Below are positions 26,641 to 39,659 of a DNA stretch of 64,000 nucleotides, one piece after another. The notes beneath the pieces were generated by a model. It had not been told where the DNA came from. It searched no databases and was given only the letters and a program-made list of their open reading frames with translations. The translations under genes and the position numbers were made by a program. Location: contig MU058213.1 of NCBI GenBank assembly GCA_013265495.1, forward strand, positions 4,278,001-4,342,000, given 5' to 3'. Origin of the DNA: Vicugna vicugna (Eukaryota). How positions within the stretch are numbered: position 1 is the stretch's first letter; every line of letters begins with the position of its first letter.

Positions 26641-29639
26641 CTTTTGTTACTGTGGTATCCTCTTAAGTAATACTAGTGACAATGTTGATTATTATTAGTA
26701 GTAATAATTATAACCAGTATCATAGCCATTGTTTATTGAACTATTATTGTATGCTAGGTGCTATGCTAACTAAGCAGTTTTTAGGCATTACTTCATTTTG
26801 CTTTGGATAAAATGAGGTGTTTTATGGTGATGGGGAGGGTGAGAAGATGCCTCCCAAGGGCTACACGTCAAAGTTGCTTTTTGCTGCCATAAAGTTCTGT
26901 GTATTGTTTAAATTATAAGAAGTCAAGCAGAAGAATAGTTTTGAAAGGTCATTAAGTACCAAGAATCTTACCTGTATTTCTTGTGGTTGGTTTCTTCTTA
27001 ACACTATTATTTTATAGACGAGATACTGTATAGTGCAGAATGGTGAACGGAAATGTGAACACCTTTTGAAAACTCTCTTCCATGTTTAGGCATTGCCACT
27101 TGGATATAGTCTTTTCTCCATATTCTCTCTCCAGCTCCTTTTAAACTTGCCTTTCTGGAATGAAGTGTAATCTAAATAAATAAATGAAATAAAAATGATG
27201 TGACCTGAGAGGGTCGAATATCTGGAAGACAGATTGGAGAGAATGTTGAGTCCTACGGTAGAACTTCTCCCACTTTTTTCTTAATGTCGGAGAAGGAACA
27301 TAAACTCCCCTGGTAGCTTGAAGAAACAAGTGAGCAGAAGAAATCTTATTTTAAAAATTCACATACATTTTACTTTCTGCCCCCTAGCACGAACATATTT
27401 ATTGTAACATAAATATATTTTATTTAATCATTGAGTAAAACTGAAATTCTGGAAAGATGCATTGACTTCAGTTTACAGCATCACCTTCTTCCTGTTTTGC
27501 CTTATATCTTCAGGGTAGGGGCCACGGTAGCCTATACTGTCTTTTCCTTAATGAGAAGCCCAGCTTAGAGTATCTTCTTTGGCTGTCTTTATTCCTGAAT
27601 CTTCCCTTGCTCCCAAAGAAATCTATGAAAAGAGATCATTACATTGTGGGGGGATTGTTTTGATAGGGAGGAAATTGTTTTTCCATAAGATGAAACACAG
27701 AAAGGTTTGTTGGTAATGTAACTGTCATTTGAACCTGTTTTCTTTTTCCAGATAGATTATCCTGTAATTTTTTAACATATCTGTGACTTTAGAAGAAAAT
27801 GTATATTTTTATAGAGAGAGCTTTGGGTTTTTTTTGTTCCATGCTTAAAATGTGCTCTCATGTGTTCCAGGTTAAAAATGTGTTCTCGTAAAACCATGGT
27901 GAGTCATCCCAGCTACTATAAGCTGATTGGGGACTTAAAGATCACACTTAAAGATCACACAGAAATGAAAATGAATTATGGATTGGTTTCTAATTTTTAT
28001 TGCTTTGAATAGCGGCTCATGGATGATACCTTCAAAATAAAATAATAATGCAACTTGCGATAGGGTGTGGGACAGAAAAATTATTTTTAAAGAGCCTGCT
28101 ACTATACTTTATTTTTGGTTATTAAAAATGAAGAAAGCTGGCCCCAAGATACCATTTTCTCAGATCTGGTTTAGGTGTTAAGAAAGTGCTTGAATTTGAA
28201 CTGAGGGGGTTCTCTGAATTTGAAAAACTACACATACATTTATTCAAAGAAGTCTTTCTGGAAGCAGGCTCCCTCAAAAGTTGTTAGTTTATTTTCTTCT
28301 GGTGGTTTTGCCAGTGAGCCATTGTGACGCTTTAAATGAGCAGGATCAACTCTTGATTACTCTGCCTCCACTTCATTGGTGGTTAATGTAGAGAACTCGA
28401 GTTGAACTTAATATGAGCACACAACTCCAGTCAGTGAGCAAATGTGCTGCTGCCTTCTTCAAGGGCTGTTAGTCGTGGTGGGGCACCTCAGCGGATCCCT
28501 GCTCGGAGGGAATTCAGGTCATCCTGCTTCTCAGTTCTTGAGGCATCTGTTGTGAGGTTGCTGGGAATAAATAAAAGGTTTGCTGTGCCACTGGATAGGA
28601 AAAAATGCTAGGCTCACTTTTAACTTATGGCGGAAGCATGATTTGACCACAGGTTAGTTTAGAGAATCTGAGTTTGTGTGGGCACTCATAAACCAGGGTT
28701 AAAAATCTTTAACTTTTTTTGAATTAGCAGATCATCTTAGGTTTTTGCTATTTGGAAACCCTCCTCTGTCTAGCTGACTTAGTCTGACATACTGAGGTTT
28801 TAGAAAATGTTTTTCAGTGTTAGTCCCAATTTGGAGTAAAATTAAAGGTAGAAATTATTTCATTTAAATCTCTTGGTGGCAACTTACAGACAGCTTGAAT
28901 TGATTATGTTTCTCCAACTAGGCAAGTAATTAGAGTCATTTTAAAACTGTATTAAATATCCTAAATATCTCTTACTTAAGAAAGGGCTAGCTTTTGTTTT
29001 TGTTGTAATCTAGGTGATAGTATAGACCACCTTTTACTTGCCAAAGGTCTGTAATCACTGATCTGCTATTTTGAAATCCAAAAGGTCTGAATCAGATTTT
29101 TTCCTTTAAATTCAGCATGAACTGTGTTAGTGGCAGAATCTAGTTTTTATCTGAAGGGAAGCCTTGACATTCTCTATTTTCCTGGTTATTATATATTACC
29201 AGCTACTGGGTGTGATTTGTGGCATATGGTATTTACACTGTATTTCTTTTCTAAAATCTGAAAAAACAATTCTGAAATGTATCTGGCCCTATGGATTTCT
29301 GAAAAGGTATTATGGACCTTCCTCTGTGTGTGTGTATACCTCCTCCCAGTATTTTCAACTCAAAATAAGAATTTCTTTTTTGGGCTAAAAGTCTAGACTA
29401 GAGACTTCATTATTTTAAATACAGAAAAAATTGTGGTGGACTTGTTAATATAAAGGAAATTCTTCTTGGACTATAAGCTTTTCAGACTGCGCTTTGTGCT
29501 CTGAGTAATTTGCGCTATACATTGTTTTAGGAAGTCAGTTTCTATTTTGAGGAAGGATTAGCTTTTCATTTTTTGGGCCAAGGAGTGTAGTGATATTTCC
29601 CTTATCATTTTGCATGGAAGTTTTCATGATGCTAACAGA

Positions 29640-29761
29640 AGATATATTTACACACACACACATAAATATATATATACCAAGTAAATAATTTTATATACAT
29701 GTAAATTGTGTGTGTGTATATATGCATTATATGATCACCTCCAAAAGGATATATGTGTGCA

Positions 29762-29792
<31 letters not shown>

Positions 29793-29826
29793 ATTTGGAA
29801 TATATGTATATACATATATATGTGTG

Positions 29827-29861
<35 letters not shown>

Positions 29862-29894
29862 ATATTTGGCATTATATGATCACCTCCAAAAGGA
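29640..29894. repeat. (TA)/(TG) compound microsatellite with a 26-bp perfect direct repeat (29724-29749, 29869-29894)
   Basis: gcattatatgatcacctccaaaagga occurs twice, flanking TG/TA runs. Confidence 0.9.
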
Positions 29895-31594
29895 AGCCTC
29901 AGCCCTGACCCATATCCACATTTAACTGTGTGAGAGCAAACAGGAGAAAATCCTAGCTAGTCACCTTCATGAAGAAAAGGAGGAGCTAAGATATGGTTTT
30001 ATAGGGGACAGACAATAAAACCGGTCTCTGGTAATTTTATTCTTTCCTTTTATGTTAGTTAAAAGTTTTCGTAGATTAGTAACATGATGTTCATTCCTGC
30101 AGTATACTCATTCAAGGTAACTTCACTAAAAACAAATTGTGGTTCTAATGAGTGTATGAAACTTTCTTTAGGAACCTGTCATTGGCTCAGTACCATTACT
30201 GTTTGATACAAACTATGAAAGTAGCAATGAAGTGAATATGTAAAAAACTAGTCTGTGTGTATCTGTTTTGAGAGACAGGTCAGTGTCCATTCTAACTTTT
30301 CTGGTTCTTTTGCAAGCCTGTTTCCTGTAGCATTACCAGTGTTACTGTGTCAAGAACCATCATATAATATCAAATAATTAAATCCACACAAAGTTTTTAG
30401 ACGTTTGAGATGTGCTGCTGCAGGAACACAGAACAGGTCATACAACCAGGGTCTGTCTTGCTTTCATATGTATACAAACTCTTTTGTAGAGCTTCGGAGT
30501 ACTGCCACAGTGAGCAGGCTCTGAGTTTGACTCAGACTTGCTGTACAAGTTGTTGTACAGCAGTGGGACTTTGCCCATTGAATGACTGGGAGAATGGGAG
30601 GAGTCTTATTGTTTGAAAAAATCAGTAATGATAAATGTACTTCATAAACATTTACTCATTCACTATTTACTTTATAATTCTTGTAGGAAGTTGGTAACTG
30701 CTCATTTTGCAGAGGAAATAGAGAAATCAACAGTGATACACATTTGCTTGTGGTTTCTTATTGCCCCTCAGAAGTAGTAAACTGATCGGTTGTAGTTGCA
30801 CCTGCACTGATATCAATCTACACCAGGGTACGGTTTGTCTTGAGGAGGAATTTAATGTCTCTAGAAATCTTTAAAATTTGTTGTAACAGGAGGCTTAGAT
30901 GGTGCAGTGTTGAGATTCTCCAAAAGAAAGTTGCTTTAAGATTTATTTATTGTTAAAAAGAAAAAGGATAATCAAAAGCCTCCATAAAATAAAACTTTAT
31001 TTATTAATATTAATAAAATATAAACAACTACAACCTGAAGTGTCTTTAGGAGAGTGCAGTTCTTTTTGTGTGTAGTCTTCTTTTATTGTTCAGCTGTTAT
31101 CAGACTTCGTGCCTTGGGAAGAAGATGAAATTTGATAGTTGTAAGATACTGGAATATTTACAGCTATTATTTAGTTGAGGGCCATAGAAAAGAATGATTG
31201 CTTCATAGTGTAGATAATTCTTTATTTTCACTTCCCTCTTTTCAAAGATTTAGTGTTTAGTTATAAAGGCAAGTAAAGGCAGGTGGAAACTAGTAATTCC
31301 AAGGGTAGCTTAAAAATGTTATTAAACATACAGAAGAGTTTTTAATGGAAGTTGTTAAAATTTAATATTGGCAACTGAATTTATTGCATTAAACTGAAGA
31401 CATGCTAATTTTTATAATACTGAGAGTGAGCTAATTAGTCCATTTTGTATGTTCATTTATTTAAAGTAGACTGGGCTTTTATTTTGTTGAAGAGCATCGG
31501 TAGGCATTTGAGAGAACACACAGTAATGCACTGTTGTTTTTTACTGGTCTGTGTAGAATTGTTTACTCTAAGGTGGGAGAGAACAGAGAGAAAC

Positions 31595-31750
31595 ATGTTG
31601 TGATATATTGAAAAGAGGAAGGATTTGGAGTCACAAAATTTTGATTGTTGGCTTTATCCTTTTACTAAACTTGTGATCCTAGGGCAGTATGTAAACTTCT
31701 GTGAGTCTGTTTATCTTATGTCTAAGATGAGAATAAAATGAGTAATTTTT
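31595..31750 (+). mobile_element. Degenerate MIR
   Basis: ggatttggagtca...tgtgatcctagggcag...aacttctgtgagtctgttt. Confidence 0.45.
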
Positions 31751-33191
31751 AAGGAAATTCTTTCCAAAATGTGGAACTTTGTGATTCTGAACGAATATTA
31801 GTGGTTTTATTATGTTAGTTGGCATAGCAACTCTTGAAGGGATTCCAAGCTCAAAAGTATATATGGATTGAGTGATTATTTATGCAAAGCTCATACCTTT
31901 CTGACAGTTACTGAAGATTAAATCAGGTGATTGGGAGGGATGATAGTTTAAGGAACTCCATATGGTAGGTAACCCTCAAAATCTCAGAATTTTTCAGATG
32001 AGTTCTTTCTCTTTTTGGTTAAATGAGGAACGTTTATGCAGTAAACGAAAAGTAAAAGAAATCCTCACATATTCTTTATTAGAACTCTGTTAATTATATC
32101 CAAAACCATAGAGCTCCAATACTAGTACCTTTGAGTCCTATGTTTTCAGCTTAGTTTTAAATGCTTGTTGAGGATCTGCTGTAGGGGCAAGGTAAAACCC
32201 AGGCTTAAGTAGTGTGACGCCTGAATAGTTCTTTGGAATGGCCTGCTTTTGCTTTGTTTGATGAGCAGGAATCTGAACAAAACTTTGGTGTCAATAGGAG
32301 TTAGCGTTTTGTAGATTTTAAAGTACTGGATGTGGTGGCCTTGGTCTGTTCCTGAATGAGGATGAGAGAGTGCAAGGATGAGGTTGGGAAATGTGAGTAG
32401 AACTCTCCCATCTGCTGAATGCCTGCCTGTTCCTGAAGCAGGAAGGACTGACTTGGTCTTACCCGTAATGACAAGGTATCAGGGCTTAGCTGCTGGTGCT
32501 ACTGTTTCCAGGTTCTTTGTGATTAGAGAAGATGAGATCTTCCCCAGGCCCCAGTACTACCCCTTTCTAATTAGTGTGCTTGTCTGGGTATAGGAAACAC
32601 CTAGCTCACTCATTACTGGGAAATACTGAGGTTTTTCCTGACTATATATATGTTTATGGGATTATATTGTTTAGAACCTTTCACTTTATTTTGAAGAAGG
32701 AAATCAACAAATTCAAACTTCATGGAACCCAGAGTCAGTAGGGCTATTGGGGTGGTTTTGATGGAGGTCTTTGGACTGGTGGGCTCCACAGGAGTGTTTG
32801 CTGATTGCTCTTTAGGGTAAGATAGTGACTCGGTTTGGCTGAGAAGGATTATAGGATAATTTGACAGTCATTTGATGGGAGTCAAGGAAGTTCTGGGGCC
32901 TTCCCATTGTAATAATTCCTAATGCTCTTTTGAAAGAGTTGTGTTAAATTGGAATGATGTAGGGGTAGATGGTAGGTGAAACAGAAAAACTAAGGATCTT
33001 GGGAATGGATAGCTAGGATTTCTGAATATAACTTCTAAGAACCCTGGGGCCAGGTGAAGTCTCTTGTTTTTCTTTCATAGGTAACTGATGGCTTCTGCAT
33101 TCTTGCTACTGCCATTTGATATTTCACCACTGGATATTGTGGTGGTCTCCTTACTTAGACTCCTCCTTGCCAGTTGCTCTCATTTCCAATC

Positions 33192-33567
33192 TGTCTTAGT
33201 CTGCTCAAGCTGTCATGACAAAATACCACAGACTGGGTGGCTTAAACAACAGCAATCTATTTTCTTAGGGTTCTGGAGCCTGCAAGTCTGAGATCACAGT
33301 ACCAGCATGGTCAGGTTCTGATGTTGACCTTTGCTGGCTCACAGGCTGCTGCTTTCTTGATGTGTTCTCACATAGCCGTTCCTCATTATGCAGGAGGCTG
33401 GGGGAGAGAAAGCTCTCTGGTGTCTTCATGTAAAGGCACTAATCCCGCCACTTGGGCCCCACCCTCATGACCTCATCTAACCCTAATTGCCTCCCAAAAG
33501 CCTCATCTCCAAGTACTGGCTTCAGTAGATGAATTTTGGGAGAGACACAAATGTTTGGTCAGAAATA
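33192..33567 (-). mobile_element. ERVL-MaLR MLT1A/B-type solo LTR with 5-bp TSD CAATC
   Basis: tgtcttagtctgctc...aaaataccacagactgggtggcttaaacaacag...; CAATC at 33187-33191 and 33568-33572. Confidence 0.8.
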
Positions 33568-35087
33568 CAATCCTCATATTTTTAAAGCATCTTTCTCCTG
33601 TGATTTGTCGTTTGTTCCCAATTGACTATCAAAACAATCAAAAGCCTCACCTTGGCACTGAAGTTCTTTAATAATCTCATAGGAACTTACTTTAGCCAGT
33701 TTTACACTTACTGCTTCCCAGTCTGCATTGTAGGGTTAGCAGTGGTCTCCTTCTCTGACCTCCTGCCTCTAGTTATTCTTTCCTCGCTAACTGGAATACT
33801 TGCCATTTTTGTGCCATTTGAGCCCTGTTTTCCTTTATGAAACCTTTTCCAGCCATTTCAGGTCATAATTTTGTAAAAATGTGGCTTCCAGATATTTGAA
33901 GGATTCTTTGTGTAAAGGAAAGTATTAGTTGTTTTTTGCTCCTGAAGGCAAAGCTAAAGCCAATAAGGCAGTTATGGCCAATGGATTTTGAGTCCAGCCA
34001 GTTATTGTAGCTGGGCAGCCATGGATTAACCCTCTAAGCATAAAAGAAGACTGAACCCTACTTCTTATAAATATTGAATAAAGCATTTCTGTTTCAGAAT
34101 ACTTTGATTAAAAAAACAATTATATGTGTTTTAGCCAGGTTATGTGCACCTTGAAAACAAAGGTAGTGTTTTACACTTGTATTTTTGCAAAGTACCCTGC
34201 TTTGAGGTCAGACACCTTGTGATTGACCATTTTTAGGTTTGAGGATGAATGATAGATTGGTGGAAAGAAATATTGAATTCCCTAAATTAAATTTCTTAAA
34301 TGTCCTAAATTGCATTTTTCTTTCCTAATGTCAGCTGCCAGATGAAGTTTTAGAAAGCACTGAACTTGTGTGGATTAGCTGACTGGAGCCCTGAGGTATT
34401 CATTTATTAGAATGTTCCACCTGTTTTCTTATTTCTTCTGAAAAGACCTTAGCTCATTCAGGACCCCATGTTTAGTATCAAGGATGAACAGGAAGTGGCC
34501 AAGTGGTAAAGCCATTGAGGTTGTATGTGAATACAGCTGCTTCTACTGAACCACAGCCAGCCCTAGCTCTGAAAAGCAAAGAGAAGTGATACTTTCCTAG
34601 TGTTTTCTTTTCACAAGGTGTGTGTCATTTTTGTTCTTTAGTAACATCAGATTGTGGGGAGAATGATTTTTCTGGTGCTGAGCTTGATTGGGTAGAGGAT
34701 CTCTGTTGTATGGGAGCCACAGAAACCATTTTTCCAGTCTGGAAACCAATAGATGGCCAAAACCCTGGAAGTGATACTTTTCCTATAGCAACCTTGATTT
34801 TTGCCTGTTACGTTGAACCACAGAAGAGAGGTTATAATATCTCGCATTATAGTAGATGTGGGGAAACATCTGTGAGAGTAGAAAAAGATGATCTTATTTA
34901 ATGGAACTGAGTCCATTCACCTGCTTAATTTGTGATATGAGGTGAACCATCACCTTTTACTTAATGCTTCTACATCACTCTCAGATTTTGGGGCCAAAAG
35001 CTACTTTTGTCAGCTATAGAAAATGTATCATCTTTGTATTTTGAAGTTAGGTTGCAAATCTTGACATGATATCTTTGGCAGTGTATT

Positions 35088-35172
35088 TATTCTTTTTCTT
35101 CCTTCCTTCCTTCCTTTCTTTTCTTTCTTTTCTCCTTTCCCTTCCCTCCCCTCCCTTTCCCTTCTTTCACCT
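35088..35172. repeat. Polypyrimidine (TTCC/TTTC/CCCT) low-complexity tract
   Basis: Directly visible. Confidence 0.85.
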
Positions 35173-36692
35173 TAAGCCAGGAATTGAGTTGACCAGTCTC
35201 ATGTAATTTGGAGCTAAAATGTTACCCTTGTATGTGAAATTTGGAAAAATCTTGTTTTAAGGGAGACATCAGTTTAAAGCTAAGGAGTTTGTCAGAGAGA
35301 TCTGGGGCTGTATCAAGTTGGAGATGTGATCTTTGTGATAAAGATGATAAAAACTGTCATCTCAGTAATCTACCTAAGAACGAGTATTCTTCATTGTAAG
35401 CTTTTCATTGACTTTGTCTGAGATTGGTTGCTAGACTCTCAGTCCTCATATAGCTTGCCTCTGAAATGTGTAGAATATATTTTCTCGTGTAGTCTGATAG
35501 TGTTTATTTCAAACAGTAACTTTCATTGCTTGTAAAACCCACAGATTTCTGAGATGCCACCTTTACAGACTTAAGATTGATTTAGGTCATTGGAAGTGCC
35601 TGATTGCTCCCTGTGAAAGGAGCAGGTTTGCATTTATTCAGTGTGTCTAAGATGAGGTAATTGGTATTTTTTATGATTTGAATGGAGGCTTTGTATTTTT
35701 GAATTTTCTGAAACAAAGCTGTGTTTGTAAACACATTTCAAAAATATAAATGACACTTTTTGGTGAAGATGTTCACTGAATAGCAAGAAAGTTGAGGAAA
35801 AAAGGAGCTTTTGTTAACATTTAATAATAATCTAACTGTTTTCATTGACTATCTCATTGATGTTTAAAGAGTACCTGATTTTTAGAACTTTTTGTATTGA
35901 AAATAATCCTCATACTGGGCTGTGGTGGGAAAATATTTTTTGGTACCCAGTACCCCTATACTAGCTTACAGTTTTCAATTACTGTCTTGGTTTAGAAGAA
36001 TGTATCACAAGCAGTGTATTTCAGTGAAAAAGTAGTCTTGGGAAACTCTAGGAAAAAGTTTGATTAGTGCTGTGATGTAAGATGAGCAAGTGCTGTGGTT
36101 TTGGACCAGTGGCATAGAAACACTTTGGTATGGCTCAGCTGGTTTAGGTGTAAACAAACGATGTAAAACTTTTCAGGCAAAATCCAGAGTTAAGTCTTCA
36201 GAGTGTAAAGTAAAGTGGTCAATTTTATATTCCCTTCAATTCCTTCTTTTCAAGGCTTGTTGGCTTTTTAGTAATGTCTGTTCAGGTATGGAAGTATTGT
36301 GTCCAGAGGAAGTCTGTTTTATCTATTTGTAGTAGTTTTTACTAACCTCCTAGGTGAAACTGGAGGGGAAAGTGTTAAATTTAAAATTTTGAAAACCTAT
36401 ATATAAGAGCTGAAAATGTTTTCTTTTATTAACTAGTTTTGAAAAATTGTAAAAATAAACCACAGCTTTAAAAAAGTCTAAAAAGCGTAGAAGGATATAT
36501 GGTGAAAAACAGAAGTTCTTTTAGTCATTCCTTCCTATTCCCCATTTCTACTCCCTTGGCAGAGATTTAATTTACCCTGTTCAGGTTTTTCTCAGAGGTT
36601 TTCATGCATATGCAAATGACATGTAGCTCCTGTTTTTTACATGGTAGGAATAATTCTGCCACTTAATCTTTTCACTTAATAAGAGAGGGTGG

Positions 36693-37804
36693 TTTCCATA
36701 AGCAAAACAAAACGACAGCCTATGGAATGGGAGAAAATTTTTGCAAAAGATGAAACTGACAAAGGCTTCACCTCCAGAATATATAAGCAGCTCGTATGAC
36801 TTAATAAGAAAAAAACAAACAACCCAATCCAAAAATGGGCAGAAGATCTAAACAAGCAATTCTACAATGAAGGCATACAAATGATCAACAGGCACATGAA
36901 AAAATGCTCAGTATAACTAATGATCAGAGAAATGCAAATCAAAACTACAATGAGGTATCACCTCAACATCAGTCAGAATGGCCATCATTCAAAAGTCCAC
37001 AAATGATAAATACTGGAGAGGCTATGGCGAAAAGGGAACTCTACTACACTGCTGGTGGGAATGCAGTTTGGTGCAGCCATTATGGAAAACAGTATGGAGA
37101 TTCCTCAAAAGACTAGGAATAGAATTACTGTTGGACCCAGTAATCCTAGTCCTGGGTATATGTCCAGAAGGAACCCTACTTCAAAAAGACACCTGCACCC
37201 CAGTGTTCATAGCAGCACTGTTTACAATAGCCAAGACATGGAAAGAGCCTAAATGTCCATCGACAGATGACTGGATAAAGATGTGATATATTTATACAAT
37301 GGAATACTATTCAGCCATAAAAACGACAACATAATGCCATTTGCAGCAACATGGATGTTCCTGGAGGATGTCATTCTAAGTGAAGTAAACCAGAAAGAGA
37401 AAGAAAAATACCATGTGAGATCACTCATATGAGGAATCTAAAAAAAAGGAAAAAAAAAAAAAGAAGACAAATGAACTTAAATATAAAACAGAAACAGACT
37501 CATAGACATAGAATATAAACTTGTGGTTGCCAGGGGGAGTGGGGTAGGAAGGGACAGACTGGGAGTTTGAAATTTGTAGATAATGACAGATACATATAGA
37601 ACAGATAAACAAGATTATACTGTATAGCACAGGGAAGTATATACAAGATCTTATGGTAGCTCATGGTGAAAAAGAATGTGACAATGAGTATATGTATGTT
37701 CATGTATAACTGAAAAATTGTGGTCTACACTGCAAATTGACACAACATTGTAAGCTGACTGTAACTCAATAAAATAAAATAAAGAAGATTCAATAAGAAA
37801 AAAA
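36693..37804 (+). mobile_element. Young 5'-truncated lineage-specific LINE-1 (ORF2 C-terminus, 3' UTR, A tail) with 15-bp TSD
   Basis: ORF 36978-37286 ([26 protein letters not shown]...KCPSTDDWIK) is the L1 ORF2 C-terminal region; TSD aataagagagggtgg (36678-36692) / aataaaagagggtgg (37805-37819). Confidence 0.92.
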
Positions 37805-38089
37805 AATAAAAGAGGGTGGATAGGGGATCACTACATAAAAGGCATTCTTGAGCCCATATTGATTTTACTAGGATATTTGATTTCCTAAAATACGTGTAAT
37901 GAATTGATCTGTTGTAGAAAATGACATAACTGTAGATAAGTATGACTTAATGAAGTTAAAAAAATCCATATGCACTAGCCTTTGTTGGCAGTCTTAAGAT
38001 TTCAGTTTCACCAACTTAAATAATTGTTCTCCCCTTTAGAAAGCAAACACAGAAATGAGTTTTATTGTAATAGAAAGTGTTTAATAAAA

Positions 38090-38270
38090 TATTAGTTTTT
38101 ATGTATAGACCCTGTGCACAGGGCACACTTTTACATGAATTACTTAACATAATCTTTATAAAAACTCTTTGAGGCAGATTCAGTTTTACTCCCATTTTTG
38201 GAGATGAGGAAACAGGCTTCAGGTGGTTGAGTAACACTGCTACTAAGTGGTATAATCAGATTTCAAAAGT
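38090..38270 (-). mobile_element. MIR SINE
   Basis: cccatttttggagatgaggaaacaggcttcagg...gagtaac. Confidence 0.6.
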
Positions 38271-38449
38271 GATCCATAAAATTATGCAGCAGTAGCTAGT
38301 TACTCAGATTGTTTCTAAGGAAAAAAAACTGGTCTCGGGGCAGTTGTCTAATATCCTGTTATCAGATATCACAGTTAATATCAAAATTTGATGAAGTCAT
38401 TGTTATAATGTTTTTGGTGGAGAGATTGGCTCTTGCTTGATTCTAAACC

Positions 38450-38620
38450 CAACAATATATTAGCACCACCTGGGGAGCTTTTAACAAATACCCATTCCTG
38501 AATCCCTACCCCCTAGATACTCTGATTGCATTGATCTGGGGCAGAGCCTAGGAATCTGAATTTTTAGCAAGCTGCTACTTAATTCTTAAGCAATCAACCA
38601 CGCTCCAACTGGAACCACTG
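38450..38620. mobile_element. MER5-like hAT fragment
   Basis: cacctggggagctttta...tctgattgcattgatctgggg...gaatctgaatttttagcaag...gaaccactg. Confidence 0.5.
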
Positions 38621-39659
38621 AAGTGTAACTTTTTCAAATTTATGAATACGAAGTTTTTAGTTCTCTGTTTTCTTTCTGAAGATAATGAACTAATACTTTG
38701 TAAAAAGAAAAAGAAATGTAAGACTTGAAAGTTAATTTAGTGATAGATTCAAAACAAAACAAAACTTCGTCTTGTTGAGCTATATTATATTGTGCCATAA
38801 AGATTTATTTTCTCATAGGGCCACACTATAACAGAAGGTGAGTTATACTGAAGACTATCTTGTCTCTTGCAGAGACAAACACTATGGGAACATTTTGTAA
38901 ATACATCTCTAGAATATATAGACTGGAAAACAAAATTAAGTGATCAGGATTCAAAAAGCTTTAGAAATGGGTTGTCACTTTCATTTTCAGTTGAGAATGG
39001 AATAATACTTATGCAAAGAAATAATTGTGGATTAGATCTCTTGTCTTGTAATTGCTTTAAATGTTGAGTCTAGGTTATTATACTTCTAAGACAAGATAAT
39101 TCAAAAATAAATCACTTGGTGGCTTTTATTTTTTATGTATTTTTCTGCATTTTGGTTAGCCTGGATATAAGGCATGAAAAATTCTCTTGCCTCTTAGAAA
39201 TTCTACTCGCTGGGAGCCAGAGAAAAAGAATTGACAGTATTTTTTTCATTGTTTAATATTTAGTACACAAGTTTTTTAAAACAATATTGTCTATTCTGTA
39301 AGCTTTCCTACTACAAAGATGGTGAAGTCATGTTAAATTCAACATGATTTGCTGATTTACATTAACTGCAAAATAATGTGGGAAATAGAGGGATGAGTAT
39401 GATAAAGTCTATGTTAAAAGTGATAAGTAGAGTTGTTCAGAAGAAGGGTTTAATTCTTCCATTTGATATATTAAGGGAGACTGGAGGAGATGGAGTTTGA
39501 GGGAAAGACTGTCTTAGGACACAGAGATTGGGGAAAAGACTTTCTAGAAAAAGGAGAACAGGGCATAAGCAATGTCTCAAGTAGGAAATGGGTGTTAAGT
39601 TCTAAGAATAGTGAATGGTTTAATCTGGTATAAGTACGTGTGTGTGGCTCTTCTAGACC

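Noticed and set aside
29724..29894. CRISPR-like direct repeats
   Set aside because: Only two copies, a microsatellite spacer, and a mammalian intron context
36904..37286. ORFs of 65-102 aa as a host gene
   Set aside because: They are frameshifted L1 ORF2 C-terminal remnants
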